From assembly GCF_964355755.1 (NCBI RefSeq), contig NC_092670.1, forward strand, positions 31,050,388 to 31,114,387: a stretch of 64,000 nucleotides of DNA. The letters are read 5' to 3'. The notes under the pieces are model-generated. The model saw only the letters and a list, made by a program, of their open reading frames with translations, was not told the DNA's origin and did no database searches. Positions within the stretch are counted from its first letter, which is position 1; each line of letters starts with the position of its first letter. Below are positions 36,343 to 50,774 of the stretch, in pieces. This DNA is from Antedon mediterranea (lineage: Eukaryota; Animalia; Echinodermata). A program made the position numbers and the translations under genes.

Positions 36343-37657
36343 TTAAGTTATCGTTATATCCTAAATCGCACACGGTCTTTTAATATATTTTTATTCGATT
36401 TTATTTCTCATCTTATTTAATTTCATAATGAACACAATTGTTTGCGGACTTAATCACTTGATTTAAACTTGCATTCCTCGTTTTAATTAAATTAATCATC
36501 CATGGATCTGATAGTTGTGTTACAAATCAGAAAAACTGATTCCATGAATCAGCCGATTCAGAGTTACAAAAAATGCTGTCCCAATTCGATTCTTTATCTA
36601 TCTGTCACGAGAGTGGCCTATCCAGTTCGAGTAAGAGAACAGATCATTAAGGGCTCTCGATAAAATACACACATATAAAATATTCAGAACAAGTAAAGTA
36701 TGTGAAATACGCAGGGTAGATCTGGGCAAGAGGGCCATTTTTTAGTGTAACTAGAAAAAAAAACAAACACAAACAAATGAATTGAAACTTCACAGGATAG
36801 TAAAACAGACCCATAATGTTGTTTCATAAAACAAACAAACGTTACAGCTAAGCATACTGTAGGTAACAGGTCACAATCTGTCAGCGGCCCACTTACCCAA
36901 GTTAAGTTAAATCTTTAAATTGCAGCAACAAATCGTATTCAGATTAAGTTTAAATGAGTTGATATCAACAGAAAATCTTATGTAAATGGGAATTCTGTTC
37001 AAATAAAGGTTCTTCACATCTCTGGGATATAACTCGAACCGTGTTAAGATTGTTATATTTCTTGGTTTTAAATTTTGCGAATTTGTCAAATACTACAGGA
37101 ATAATCCGATATCTGGTCTATTACAACAATGTTGTACTAACATTTATTATAAGCAAATTGATTTAAAATTCATGGCAATTCTGGTTGACTAGTTGGGTGT
37201 GGTTGGGAATTTAACATAATGTTATATTTTAAAGCACACATGTTACTGTAGTATATCCCATAACATTTAAAGTTGTTGTATTATGTTCAAAAAGTTTATG
37301 GAGACTCCATGGGACTCTAACACATCAAATATCGCTGGTCTTGTTCTTGTTATTCACATTTAGATCGATGTGTAGTGAAATATTTAATCCACTCAGGGAA
37401 GAGTAAATTAAACGTTTCCCTCATGAGCCACTTCTATTATTTTTTTAAATGATAAAACCTAGATAGATTTGGTTGAAATTGTTTGGATTTTTAGGTAAAG
37501 CATTTTACAATATATAAGGTATTGATTGCACATATACATATACATTGAGTTGCAAATTTTAAAGCTTCACGACTACTAATTTTAATTTAATTTTTAATTA
37601 CTAATTTTTTTTAAATAAAGATCCAATCCTAAATTGGTAGATTTACATGTTATTATA

Positions 37658-40600
37658 CACTCTAAAAAATAATGTGTGTCATGACACACATTCATATGTT
37701 TATTATGTGTTTCGGTTACATATTGAAACGCACATATGTGCATAATCACGATGCGATTCATGTAAACACTGATAAACAGTGTGTCACCAAATCATGTTTT
37801 CTATGCGTTTTAACACGTTCTAATGTTTTCAAAAAACACTACCACAATATAAACACACGAACATAAGTACGCAATGATATTTACTTTAACTTTAATTTGA
37901 CATTTTTTAAGAATAAATTATTACTAATGGTTATTATATTTATGACATTTACAAAAAATGAAGACAACTGTGCAACGATAATGGTAGTATTTTTTAATGT
38001 TCTGTAATCTCAATGAAATGGAAACATGTTATTTGATTTTATCATTTTTTAAACGTTAACGTGTGTTTTGGATAGTCAATTCTGATTGGACAAAGGTTTA
38101 ATTTATACATCTGAAAAGATATGGAATCTTTTTATGTCACGCGACGTTGCAAGGGGGTGCCTAGCCTTCCTTCTTCTTGTGCACACTCGTTTAGCTCATG
38201 ACACGGGTCTGGTCATGTCACTGACTTAGGCCTAGGCCTACGTTACACAGGGAGATGTGAACTAATTTATAAATTTATTTTACATCTCCCTGGTTACACA
38301 CATTATCACAAACTTAAATAATGAAAAAAAAAAAAAAAACAGAATGAAATAATATAATTTAGCTTGTGGGCCTGTTACAGTTTTACGCCCCACAACTAGG
38401 CCCGGGGTAACACCCACACCTCACCCGCCTGTGGGGGAGAGACAGGGGAGATAGAGAGGTGTCGTTCGGCGGCTGCTAGATGAGGCCTAGAGCCATTTTC
38501 TGCTCTGTGCTCTCTATGCATAAATTAACTATTGTTGAGAAGCTTCCATTTGTTTACGGGGTAGGCCTATTTATTTGAAATAATGACATTCATTATGTTT
38601 TATAGACTAGGGGAGACGTAATAAATATCCGAATAAACATATTTTACGAATATTTATCATGGATTAAATAAAACATGTGTATTGTTGATAAATCATAATT
38701 ATTTTGTTATTCATCATGCATTAAACAACCCAACGCTGTTATGGTATGGGCTAATCAACTGTGGAGTTCCTCATTTTTACACACATGCTGCTTGAATTGA
38801 TTCAGCTCAGGAAGACCAAAAAAGGTACCCTACGTATACTGATGATAGGTAGATAAATAAATAAATAAATATAATAATGTTTAGTGTTTTCCTATGTAAA
38901 TAAATCAGAGGACAAAATAAGGCCTAGGCTAGGCCTTATTGGACTAGGCCTAGGCTAGGCTATAAATAAATAATAGAGGCCTACTAGGCCTAGCTAGGCT
39001 AAGCCTATAGGCCTAGCTAGGCTCGTACTACTACTAGCCTAGGTATGTACTAGCCTAGGTCTAGGCTAGTAGGTATCGCAATGAAGCGGATTTTCGTTAC
39101 AGCAGATCGAACACGTTCATAAAATTTCCCTAGGCCTAGGCCTAAATTTAAAAAAGTGACGTGTCTTTGAAGTTAAAAATATAATATTTCTTATGGTTAT
39201 GTACCCATGTGAATAAGAATTAGGCCTATATATCGTCACCGTCGCCACAAAGTGACACTAACCTAAAAATCTGTAATTTTTGAAAAAAATTTTTTTTTCG
39301 ATATTTTGATTATGTATAGGCCTATCAAACTCTATGTTTTCACAAAATCTAAACTTTCAAATATCATTAATTAACTAATTACATTAATTAGACAATATAA
39401 AAAAACACCATCATATGGAATTTGCGTTTTTACGAAGTGACACTATTTATTAAATACCCGTATGTGCTGCTTGCCAGCGCCACACGGGTAATGAATTTTG
39501 CGCGTTTGTTTACTGTTTTGGCCTAGCCTACAGCCTAGCTAGGAGGATCTGCTCGCACACTCCAGAACATTGCATTTTATCAAGAAAGACGGTAAGTTAA
39601 TTTATTAGTTTATTTAAAGAATTTTAGTCCGCTCAGATATCCGTCATGTCGAGGCCTATTATATATTTATTTTATAATTTATAAAACAGTAATTTGACAC
39701 ACTTTTACTAGCCTAGGCCTAGTACTAGCTAGGCATAATAGGTAGGCCTACTTTACTTTTCTGTGACGTTTAGGCATAACTAGCTGGCCCAGATCTAACT
39801 AGGCCTAACAAACTAGAGTATGTGTATGCCCAGGGAATAGTAGTAGTAGTACTACTACTACTTGGCTAGAGTAGACTCTCTATTCTAGGCTAAACTACTC
39901 TGCTTGATTTTTAACAATAAGAAATCACTGTTAAAATGTGTTTTTTGTTTTCAGAACAGTTTCAAGAAAATAAGATAAGGGGGAACAACCGAAATTCGAT
40001 CAACAAGCAATCTGTCTACCTCAATTTAAGGGAGAAGGTATCAAGTCCAAGGTTTAAAAAGGGGAGGTGTAGGCAGCCTGTAGCAAGTTTTTATGTTATA
40101 TGAGCATTTTAGAGGATGTGTACATCACGGAACAATGGATTGAATAAATTAAAAAGCATACTGATATAGAAAAAAATAATGTAACGACATTTATTAAGTA
40201 TTTAATGATTTATAACAATAGAGAATTATCTTTGATATAAATTAATACGGGCATAAGTATTGTATTACTGAATTATTAAATATTCAATGTTGAAAAAATA
40301 ACTAATATTTATTATAATATGGAAAAAAAAATATGAATATGTACATTATGCTTACTGTACATTCCAGATAGGCCTATTTATATGTCTATGTAATTTGTAG
40401 TTTTTATTAAAAGTGTTAAAGTAGGTCAACCTATGTTTTTAGATTTATTTGATGTGGTTGTTTCATTTATAAATAACCTAACCCTGTCTACACTATCAAA
40501 CCATTTTGACAAAAAAAGTGTGATGTGCCCAAATATGATAGGGATTACGCCATTGTGTCCATATAAGCACATCACATTAATGTTGGTCACATCATGGAGG

Positions 40601-43022
40601 TATAAAATACCTCCATGGTCACATTAAGTTTGATTTTATTTATTTCAACAATATTTTACTAGGGTGGTCCATCCAGTCGAAGGTGATCCTTAGATAGAAA
40701 GAATCTCACAAAAATGCAATTTGATAAGAAAATAACATACAACAATTAAAAATTAAATCAAAATAATAGAATTTATGAAAACTAAAAAACTAAAATAATG
40801 GAAAAATGAATAGAATCAAAAGGGAAATCAATGAAAACAATACATTAAATGGCCATCTCATTGGAGATGGCCATGCAATAAACTAGGAAGAGATGGTTCT
40901 TGAGCAAAAATGTGATGGAAAAGGCAAGACTTAAAAGAGACATGACTGTTTGTAATGTATATATAATAGTGTTCACTTATCAAGGACCATACATAATTGT
41001 TATGATGTAAGATAATTGCATTGGAAAGCTATGAATTACACAGTAGTGTCACTTCCAACGCACTAGAAATACGCGGTGAAATGGAATTTGCGGTTTCACG
41101 AAGTGACACTAACTGCATTAGTGTCACTTCGTAAGCGTAAACTGCGTAGGGAAATAAATTTTTCGGTTTCACGAAGTGACACTAATGTTTAACTTTAATT
41201 TACTTGGTAATTGATTAATATGATTTAAATTAAAGTAATGGGTAGCTGGATTGTCTAACTTTGTATGTATGTAAATTAAAAATCTTAGTGATATTTTTTG
41301 AGGACGAAATCGTGTGTTTTGTGAAGGTCGTTTCTTCAATCGCGTTTTTCTCGAAACGCTGTTTTCATCAATTACGCGGTTAGTGTCACTTCGTGGTGTC
41401 AACGACGATATGTCTGGGAAGACCTTGTTTTACGGTTTATTTATATATATTTTTAATCTATATTTATTATTAAAAAGTTTAATAATAGAAAATGCGAGTT
41501 CAAAATGAGTTACAAAAACCGATATCACAACGAGTGAGTATGGATCATATGCATGTTTGTTCTAATAACTTTAGCTGTGGTTGTTTAATTTTATTTGAAC
41601 ATAAAAACAGTATTTTAGTCTGTTCATTCCTTCAAAAATTATAATTACTGTATAATAATGGGAATATGACATTTCCAAATAAGTTCAAATGAATATTTGT
41701 GCAAAATACAGTGAACTGCTAAAAGACTATTGTTAAGGCCATATTAGTTCCATCCATCTCTCGGATACTGGTAATGTGTGTGTTTATTTTATAATAGGCA
41801 AGCTGCAGTACCATGGCCTCTAAAGAGAGAACATAGGATTATCGTGACAGAAGAATTCATCAAACATGGATTGCTACCATTGTAAACAAAATTCAATTAT
41901 TATCCATTTTGAAAGTGGTTTCATCTTTTTTATTTTTACCTCGCATTTTTTTTGCTACAAAATCTGCCATATATATGGGGGTTGGCTCAAACATCAATAA
42001 TACCGAAGATGAAGCTAATATGTTGGGCTTTAAAAATACTCAACATTATATTTTATATAGCTATTATTTTAATTATTTCTGCTGTATTTCCTTGTATCTT
42101 ATAGAGTTTTAAAAACCGTATGATTGAAATTCTGACATTTTGTTTTAACAAAAGTATCCCTACTTCAAAGTTGTATTGTAAACCACAGTATGCAGGTTAC
42201 ATGCTGAATGTTTTGTTACAATACAAAAACATTAGACCATATGAAATTATTAAACAACCAATTGTTATTTTTTATCTTTAAGATAATTAAAAGGAGTGTC
42301 AAAAGTGCTGGGTATCCATGGGCCTGTTGGCAGATCACCTGATGCATCAATACCAAGTAAAGTACATAAAGTCAACACACATCAGATTCCATTATGCTTA
42401 TTTCTGGAGCCATCCTTGAAATGTGCATTGATAGTATCTATTACAAGGGATTGTTTCAAATGATCGAATGTTATTTCTAAAAACCTTTTCTGGTTACAAA
42501 AAAAAACTCTAGATAAAATATATTAAACAGTCTGTTCCACTCGCCAAACTTTTAATTGAGAGTGCCTCACAAATTTTAACTGGATTTGTTTGTAATTAAC
42601 ATTTTTACCAGAAGCATTAAAAAAAACCAAGACATTTCTTAAGCATAATGGGTGATAGTTATTGTTAAGGTTAAAAACAAAAGAGTTGTATGACTGGCTC
42701 TAAAGTTGATTGGATTTTGAATAAATATTTTGAAAATAGAAAAAGTTTTCTTTGTTATTATTGATGTGTGGTCCATTAAAACATATATGTGTTTTGTGAC
42801 CAAAATGTAATTTCAGTAAACATTATCTTGTGTTTACTGTAATTACATTTCCTAAAACACATGTGTGTTTTAAACACTATATGTTTATTTTTTGAGACAA
42901 CCATGTGATTTCATTTTATGTTTATAATAAACACATTTATACGTTTATAGTAAACACATTCATGTGTTTATTTTTTGGGACAATTATGTGTTTTCAAATG
43001 AAACACATTATTTTTTAGAGTG
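37658..43022. mobile_element. CMC/EnSpm-like DNA transposon relic (5.4 kb including nested inserts)
   Basis: TA|CACTCTAAAAAATAATGTGT ... ACACATTATTTTTTAGAGTG|TA; many subterminal ACACAT/ATGTGT repeats; no intact transposase ORF. Confidence 0.78.
39233..41408. mobile_element. TA-flanked TIR element nested in the CMC-like relic
   Basis: TCGTC...CCACAAAGTGACACTAACC / GGTTAGTGTCACTTCGTGG...GACGA; internal AAGTGACACTA repeats near 39435 and 41045-41185. Confidence 0.72.
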
Positions 43023-43134
43023 TAAGAGGATGTTAAGTTATGACTAATTTGTGGATAGAAATTCTAGATCTTTGGAATAAAAACGGATCAAAAAGATTTT
43101 TCAATTTTTCAAGTAGGCTACAATTGTCTTATCG

Positions 43135-45290
43135 TCTTACCTTTAGTAATTCTTACCTTTAGTAAAGTTAAGAGGCAATGAGTTTTTAAACTCGTAGGGA
43201 GCCTCTTCTCTCATATGTGTGTATGTGTGTGTATTTGTCAAGTTTGTTTTTGAATGAATTTACACTCTTTGCTATTGACAACAGATTCGGGCAGCGAGTT
43301 CCACTTGTTAATTACTCTAGTATCAAAAAAATTATTCCGTTTAGTTGAGTTCCATCTAGGTTTCTTTAATTTAAAAGTTGAGCCTCGAGTGATATTTGGA
43401 CCAACTTCAGATGCTAATTTAAAAAAGGAGTGGCGATCTATATTTTCGTAACCATTCAAACATTTAAAAACTTCGATGAGGTCTCCGCGTTCCCTTCTTT
43501 CCAGTAAAGTTGATAAACCTAGCTGTATCCTGCGCTCTTCATAGGGCAAGTTTCTGAGTTCTGGTACAAGTTTTATTGCTCGTTGTTGGATTTTCTCAAG
43601 TTTATTGACGTCTTGTTGTAGATATGGTGACCAAGCTTGAACTGCATACTCCATAACCGGACGCACAAGAGAAGTATAAAGCGACATGAACATCTGTTTA
43701 TCCATATATGTAAAGGATTTCCGTATTCGGCCTACAATTGAATTGGCTTTGGCTGCAACTTTAGAAACTTGTGTCGACACTTTAAAGTCAGACGTTACAT
43801 AGACTCTGAGGTCTTTCTCAACAGAGGTTGTATCAAGAACTGTACCATCAATTGAATACGTGTGTTTTGGATTTCTATTTCCAATGTGCATTACTTTACA
43901 TTTAGATTTACTAAACTCCAGTAGCCACTTCTTACTCCACTGCTCAAGTTTACTCAAATCATTCTGCAGGGCATCTCGGTCGTTAACTGAATCAATCTTA
44001 CGATAAATCTTAGCATCGTCTGCAAATAGTTTACCATCTGATTTAATATTATCAAGTAGATCGTTGATATAGACTAAAAATAAAGCCGGACCAATAACTG
44101 TGCCTTGAGGCACGCCACTGAACACAGGTAACCAACTTGAAACCGAACCTTTGATTGAAACACATTGACGTCTATTTTCTAAAAATCCACTTATCCAACT
44201 TAGAATATTACCTTGAATGCCATAAGCTTGCAATTTAATTTTCAACCTAATGTGCGGAACTGTGTCGAAGGCCTTACGGCAGTCCAAGTACCATCAACGG
44301 GATGTCTGTCGGCGAGAGCATTTTCTACATCGCGGAAAAATTCAAGCAATTGTGTTAAACAAGAACGATTAGTACGAAAACCATGTTGATGTTTGGTTAG
44401 TGTATTTTTAGTTTCGAGATGGATCATAATTGTGTTAGTTATGATTTTTTCTAAAATCTTGCAGATAACTGAAGTTAAACTAACAGGGCGGTAATTTAGA
44501 GGATCAGACTTGCTGCCATTTTTGAAAATTGGTGTAATGGTTGCGTCTTTCCAGGCAGCTGGTATTTCACCTGTTGCTAACGACTTTCTGAACAGTAATA
44601 ACAGTGGAGGGGATATGTGGTCACAGCATTCAATCAACACTTTAGGGTGGATGCCATCAGGTCCAGGGGATGATGAATCGCGGAGATTTTTAATATGCAT
44701 TTTAACATCATCAAGTGTAAAGTCCACATTGGTCAAAGGATGTCCATGAAAAACAGAAGCCATGTTTGGAATATTACGATTATCTTCTACTGTAAATACT
44801 TTTTGGAAGGCCTCGTTCATTATTTCACTTGCTTCCTGATTGGTGGAAGAAAAAGATCCATCCTGTTTTTTTATAGTTTGGATACCCCTTCCTTAATTGA
44901 AGTTTGACTACGAACATAGCTATAAAATGCCCTCGCATTTCTCTTAGCATTTAGTGCGACATCCTTCTCGAAGTTAGCTTTAGCCATTCTTACTGCCGAA
45001 GTAGCATCATTTCTGGCCTTACAGTAATATTTATGTCTTTTGTTAGACCTATGACGTCTGTAACGTTGCCATGCATCCTCCTTCATTTGAACTTTATTTA
45101 GTGCGAATTTTGTCATCCATTTCTGTTTACTTGGGCGGAGATTTGTGTTTACAATGTTTTTCTGAACACAATCAGAAATCAAAAAGTTAATCTCATTGTG
45201 AAAAATGTCCCACATTTCTTGGACAGATTTGGTTTCAAACAAGCTTTCCCAATGAACATCAGCGAGTTGGGCATTGTAGTGAAATCACCT
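43135..45290 (-). mobile_element. 5'-truncated CR1-clade LINE (ORF2, frameshifted)
   Basis: SPGPDGIHP, NYRPVSLTSVICKILE, QHGF, GVPQGTVIGP, FADD, RGDLIEVFK across ORFs 43238-45242; short tandem tail near 43135-43167. Confidence 0.92.
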
Positions 45291-46474
45291 TTAAAATCAA
45301 GTCTATATATATTTCGTACAATAAAAATACATTAGCAAATTATAAAAGTTAAATATATAATAATATGACGACAAAAATAAATACATACTTTGAAATGATA
45401 ACATCATTACATAGAATAATAGCAATTCTCTTCTACGAATATCCATTAGTTTTACATTTACCGACAACAGCAATCAATCTACAAAATGATATTACATACT
45501 GAAAGACTACAATTTTAATACTTAATATAATGAGTGAATTGAATTCGAGGGTATAGAGCCATTTATGCTCATGGCGATGTGGACTCAGTTCTTACACTTT
45601 TCAATTACATACTTAGTAAAAACTCTGCTACTGTTTGGTGTTTTGCACCTGTCTATACTTGTTATTGAAGACTGTATTTTCCCCTTTAAGTTTCCTAATA
45701 CTAGACTTTATTTCCGCTGTCTAACACATCGATCACCTAAACTAAACTAAACTACGTAATCAATTTTCAAACGTTGCGCAGTCGTCAAAGCAGTAGAGTT
45801 GTTTGTTGGCGCCACGCCTTTAGGCAGTTATTTTCGAGAGGGCGGAATCGTTAGGAAACGGTGACAATACTGAAAAAAGTAGGTATTTGGAAACTCGGAC
45901 TGAGCATACGCAAACTCCAAACCACGTCTGGGAAAAGAGAATCTATTAGATGTATGTAGACAATAAAACTATGTTTTCGTTTTGGTTGTAATTGTATCAT
46001 TGTCAAAACAATCCTTCGTCTATGGTAAATATTTTTAGGAAATGGTGTGAATGAGTTGTTTGATTAGTGAGTAGGCTACGTTAGTCGACGACTGGAAAAT
46101 TAGACATTTTGTTTACTAGAATGCTTTGGTATGTGGGTAATACGGCCTTAGAGAGTATCGCCTCTGTCTCGGAATGTGTACAGAACTATTGTTTAGTCTA
46201 GGCCTTCCTTTTAGCTTATATTTACCCTTACAAAATATTCACTACTGATTGTTAGAAGAAATAATTGATAATATTATAATTATCATGATATTTTATTAAA
46301 TAGAATATCATTAGAAATAGCATCATTTAATGAAGAAATAACAACAATTAAAACTGCTACGTCAACAAGTTTAGCTGCGAGAATGGGATCGAATGCTAGC
46401 TAAACTTCAGTGCAGTTGAACACGATCTATAATTGCGTTTTTTACCTAATAACTAAAATTATTTGTTTTTTTAA

Positions 46475-47655
46475 ATGAAACATACAAGTAACGCAAAAAG
46501 AAAACAAATTACCACCTTACTAAAATCTAATGGAAAGTACAACACAGATATTAGTGAAATATTAAGCGAAAAAGTTAATTTTTACAAACATTTATACTCC
46601 AAAAAATATATTCCAGGAGATAACATAAAAAGTTATCTTGACCAAGTAAAGGCAAAAGAACTGTCGCCGGAAGACAGCGAACAATGTGAAGGTCTATTAA
46701 CCATAAATGAACTAACAAATTTCGTTCATAAAATGCACTTAAACAAAGGCCCAGGGTCTGATGGACTAACTGTGGAATTTTATAGATTTTTTTGGAATTA
46801 TGTAAAAGAAATGTTATGTACATCCTTACATTACAGTTACAATAAAAATAATTTATCTAAAACTCAAAAAAAGGGAATAATAAAGTTATTATTCAAAAAC
46901 GGAAAAATAGAATTACTAACAAATTGGAGGCCAATTACCTTATTAAATGTTGACTACAAAATAATGGCCCATGCCCTGTCAAGTAGAATACAAAAAGTAA
47001 TTGCATCAATAGTTGATTCCGACCAAAAAGGTTTGGCGGTGAGAACGTACGCTTAGTAGAAGACGTTCTTTTCCAGACCGATATAAGTAACTCGCCTGGA
47101 GCAATAGTTTTCTTAGATTTTGCAAAAGCGTTCGATTCTTCTCATCTTAGATAGATGTTTTATGTTAAAATGTCTTAAAAAGATTGGATTTGGTATCTCG
47201 TTCTCCAAATGGATTGAATTGATTTACAAAGAGACAGAATATGTTATTGAAAATAATGGATGGCTATCTGAAAGTTTTCAGATGGTAAGTGGAGTGAGGC
47301 AAGGATGTCCAATGTCTGCTATCCTATTTATTTTATCTGTAGAAATAAATGACTATTAATATAAGAAAAAATCCACAATGTAAAGGCATCCTGTTGCCAA
47401 GTAATATCAATGATGTTAATAAATGTACAGCCAAAATATGCCAGTTGGCAGGTGATACCGTCATATTTGCACAAGATCAGATTAGTTTAAGCTTTTTCTT
47501 AAAAGAAATCAAGGTTTTTTGCAAACATATCTGGTTTAAAATTAAATAAAAATGGAATGTGGATTGGTTACAATAAAAATAATGAGAAAACACCGTTTAG
47601 TATAGCATGGACAAATATTCCAGTCAATTTTTTAGGCATAAATGTCGGCTATAAT
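46475..47655 (+). mobile_element. Tx1/L1-clade ORF2 fragment, part 1
   Basis: KGPGSDGLTVEFY, NWRPITLLNVDYK, GVRQGCPMS, QLAGD, FLGINVGYN; several frameshifts. Confidence 0.88.
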
Positions 47656-48424
47656 AAACAAGGCCAACAGCCATTAAGTCGCATGCTACAATGCATAGTG
47701 ATACCGGGCCGACAGACAGACCGACAACAGACAGACCGACAGACTGACCGACATAGTGAACTATACTGACCGAAATTACTGAACATGTTTAAAAATGTTG
47801 AAATGTTTAAAAACATTTATATTTTTTTAATTTACACGTGCGTAGCCTGTCACTTTTGACGTGCTCGTATAACGTAATTTCTAGTTGAAAAGTAAGTCAA
47901 GAAAACAGAAATCGTGCAAAAAGAGTGAGCAATAACATTTAACGCGCAGTGCGCGCGCAAAAATCTGCGCACTCATCGCAATTTTGTAAACTCTTAAAAT
48001 TGCCTGAAACGTACTCTTATTTCATCGAAAATAAATTTTGAAAATTGTAAGCGCGCGTACGCATGCGTTACATGCGCTACGCACGTAATTGTATTGCCAT
48101 ATGATGATTTTATGCCCTGAAATTTATGAGTACCAAATTTTATTTAATTGTGATTCATGGTTGTGAAGATATGATTACAAACGTGATTTCGTTAAATCGT
48201 GCGTAGACCGCGTAATTTTTTATTGCGCACCGTGAAAACATAACCACATCGATTCCTGGCCATAAGGAATATACTGTGAAAAATTGACTTAGCTAGATTA
48301 AACTGATATCAAGATAAGGTCAGAAAGCGATAACACGCATAGTGATACCGGACCGACAGACAGACAGACCGACAGACCGACAGACAGACCGACAGACCGA
48401 CAGACCGACCGACATAGTGAACTA
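47656..48424 (-). mobile_element. HINE copy 2 (5' end missing)
   Basis: Reverse complement of about 32460-33266 with few differences. Confidence 0.85.
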
Positions 48425-48569
48425 CTTGTATATACAACAAATAGCTCATTTTATTATGATAAACTTTTTCAATATTAAAGTCATATTACAATACTCTTAT
48501 AGAATGTCCATTTGAAAACAAAAATATTAAAGTATACACTATTTGTATTCCCTCTAACCTCCAGTATAC

Positions 48570-49290
48570 CACCATGCTTGGTTGCTAGTGGAAAAACTTT
48601 AATGTGAAATACATGGTTGTTAGTGGTGAAACTTCAATGTGAAATACATGACTGGTATAGTGGAGAAACTTCTATGTGGAATACATTGTTGTTAGAGAAG
48701 GAACTTCCATGTGAAATACATGGTTGGTAGTGAAGGAACTTCCTTGTTAAATACATGACTGGTATTTAATGGAGAAACTTCCATGTGAAATACATGGCTC
48801 GTAGTGGAGAAACTTCCATGTGAAATACATGGTAGGTAGTGAAGGAACTTCCATGTGAAATACATGGTTGGTAGTGAAGGCAATTCCTTGTTAAATACAT
48901 GGCTGGTATTTAATGGAGAAACTTCCATGTGAAATACATGGTTGGTAGTGAAGGAACTTCAATGTGAAATACATGGTTGGCAGTGAAGGAACTTCCATGT
49001 GAAATACATGATTGGTAGTGAAGGAACTTCCTTGTTAAATACATGGCTGGCATTTAATGGAGAAACTTCCATGTGAAATACATGGTTGGTAGTGAAGGAA
49101 CTTCCATGTGAAATACATGGTTGGTAGTGGAGAAACTTCCATGTTAAATACATGGCTGGTATAGTGAAGAAACTTCCATGTGAAATACATATGTCTAGTA
49201 TAGTTGATAAACTTCCATGTTAAATACATGGCTGGTATTTAGTGGAGAAACTTCCATGTGAAATACATGACTGGGTAGTGAAGTACAAGA
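48570..49290. repeat. 35/39-bp minisatellite with 144-bp higher-order unit
   Basis: Unit AACTTCCATGTGAAATACATGGTTGGTAGTGAAGG; 39-bp variant recurs at about 48737, 48881 and 49026. Confidence 0.92.
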
Positions 49291-50057
49291 TATTATCTAG
49301 TACAGAAAACATCCATGGTTCATGGGGAATACATAGTAGCTAGTGGAGAAGCTAGTGAAGTACATAATACCTAATAGAAAACCATATAAAACTTTCATAA
49401 GCACAGTTTTTTTTTAATTACTATATTTTTATTCATTTTTTCTATAATGTTTCTTTCTTGGTTCTGGAATCTCTTGTCCATCATTCCTCATCTGACAATT
49501 TTCGCCTTACTTTTCTCATTTAGTTTTCCCTCTCTTATTACTCCCGATAGGTGGAGTTTGAAGTACCAAACGTGGGTTGCCAATGTTTGGGCCAGCAAAA
49601 CCACTTACTAAGTTGAGTCCAGCTGTAGGCAGTGCACCAACACCTAATTAAATGAAATACAGTAATTGTTCAGAGGTAAAATACAAAAACAAAGTAGGCC
49701 GACTCGTATATAAACTGTTTTATGATTACTGGTGTCTGAATATGAGAATGGGCAAGACGACAAGGGCACATTTCTTTATTAAAAACCATGAGGTTCACCA
49801 GAAACTCCTATTAGTTGTGTCAAGTAATTCTTTCATTTTCCATCTATAGAATTTTTTAATTTTTTTCCCTTAAATTAGTATTGCACATAATATATCTACA
49901 TAAAAATTTCACATAAGTGGTGTTAAATTTTAGATAGCAGAATTTATAAATGTTGATGCTGTTTCCGGTGGCGTAAATATGAAGATCAGCAAATGGTGAT
50001 TAATAGTAATAAGCAAGCTCTCAATGCACTGTGTACCAATAAGGTAACTGGTTCTAA

Positions 50058-50215
50058 AGCTTGGTTCCCACTAGGACGCAACGCAAGGACGTAATCCGCA
50101 ATGCAAGCAAATGACCAATTACAAGCAATGGTTTCGTCCAACTGTCACTTGTGATTGGTCAATTCGCTTGCATTGCGGCTTACCTCCTTGCGTTGCGTCT
50201 AGTGGGAACCAAGCT
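50058..50215. mobile_element. PIF/Harbinger-like hairpin MITE
   Basis: AGCTTGGTTCCCACTAG.ACGCAACGCAAGG and its inverse; TAA/TTA flanks; almost fully palindromic. Confidence 0.85.
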
Positions 50216-50774
50216 TTAGCAGTAATAGTTGAGTCAACAAAATACAGTAGCTCAGGGTGACTCAAACATAAACCCATGGCAAATTGTTTCCCTCAATAGT
50301 ATATAATATATTTCATATTTACTAAATATGATTATTTATGATATATTAATAGGAGTAGAAATAATTAATAGCATAAACAGCAGTATAGTATTCAGTTGCA
50401 TGTATAGGGGTGGGTGGGAATAGATATAGTGTAGGGAAAGGGGAGGGACTGGTGTTGTGGAAGGACTGGTGTTGGAAAAGGGGGTGGTGGTTTGGTGTGA
50501 TGTGTATCCATAATTATTACAGCTGGCCAAACACACACATATAAAATATTAGACCTGGTGTTAGGTTAAGATTATCCCCTTCCCGCCACCCATGACATCA
50601 CAAATTCCGTGCACATGCACCTGTAGTATTTAGTAGTAGTTTGTTTTACTACATTAATAGTAAAGTAGAAGAGATGTCGATATCGAACTTGTCACAGTGA
50701 TAAGTTAAAATCTTGTTACTTGTTCTTTCATAACTTAATTTTACATGCGAACATGCTATAATTTAGTTATAATA

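Noticed and set aside
48570-49290. CRISPR-like array of about 35-bp repeats
   Set aside because: Units are contiguous with no unique spacers, there are no cas genes, and the context is eukaryotic.
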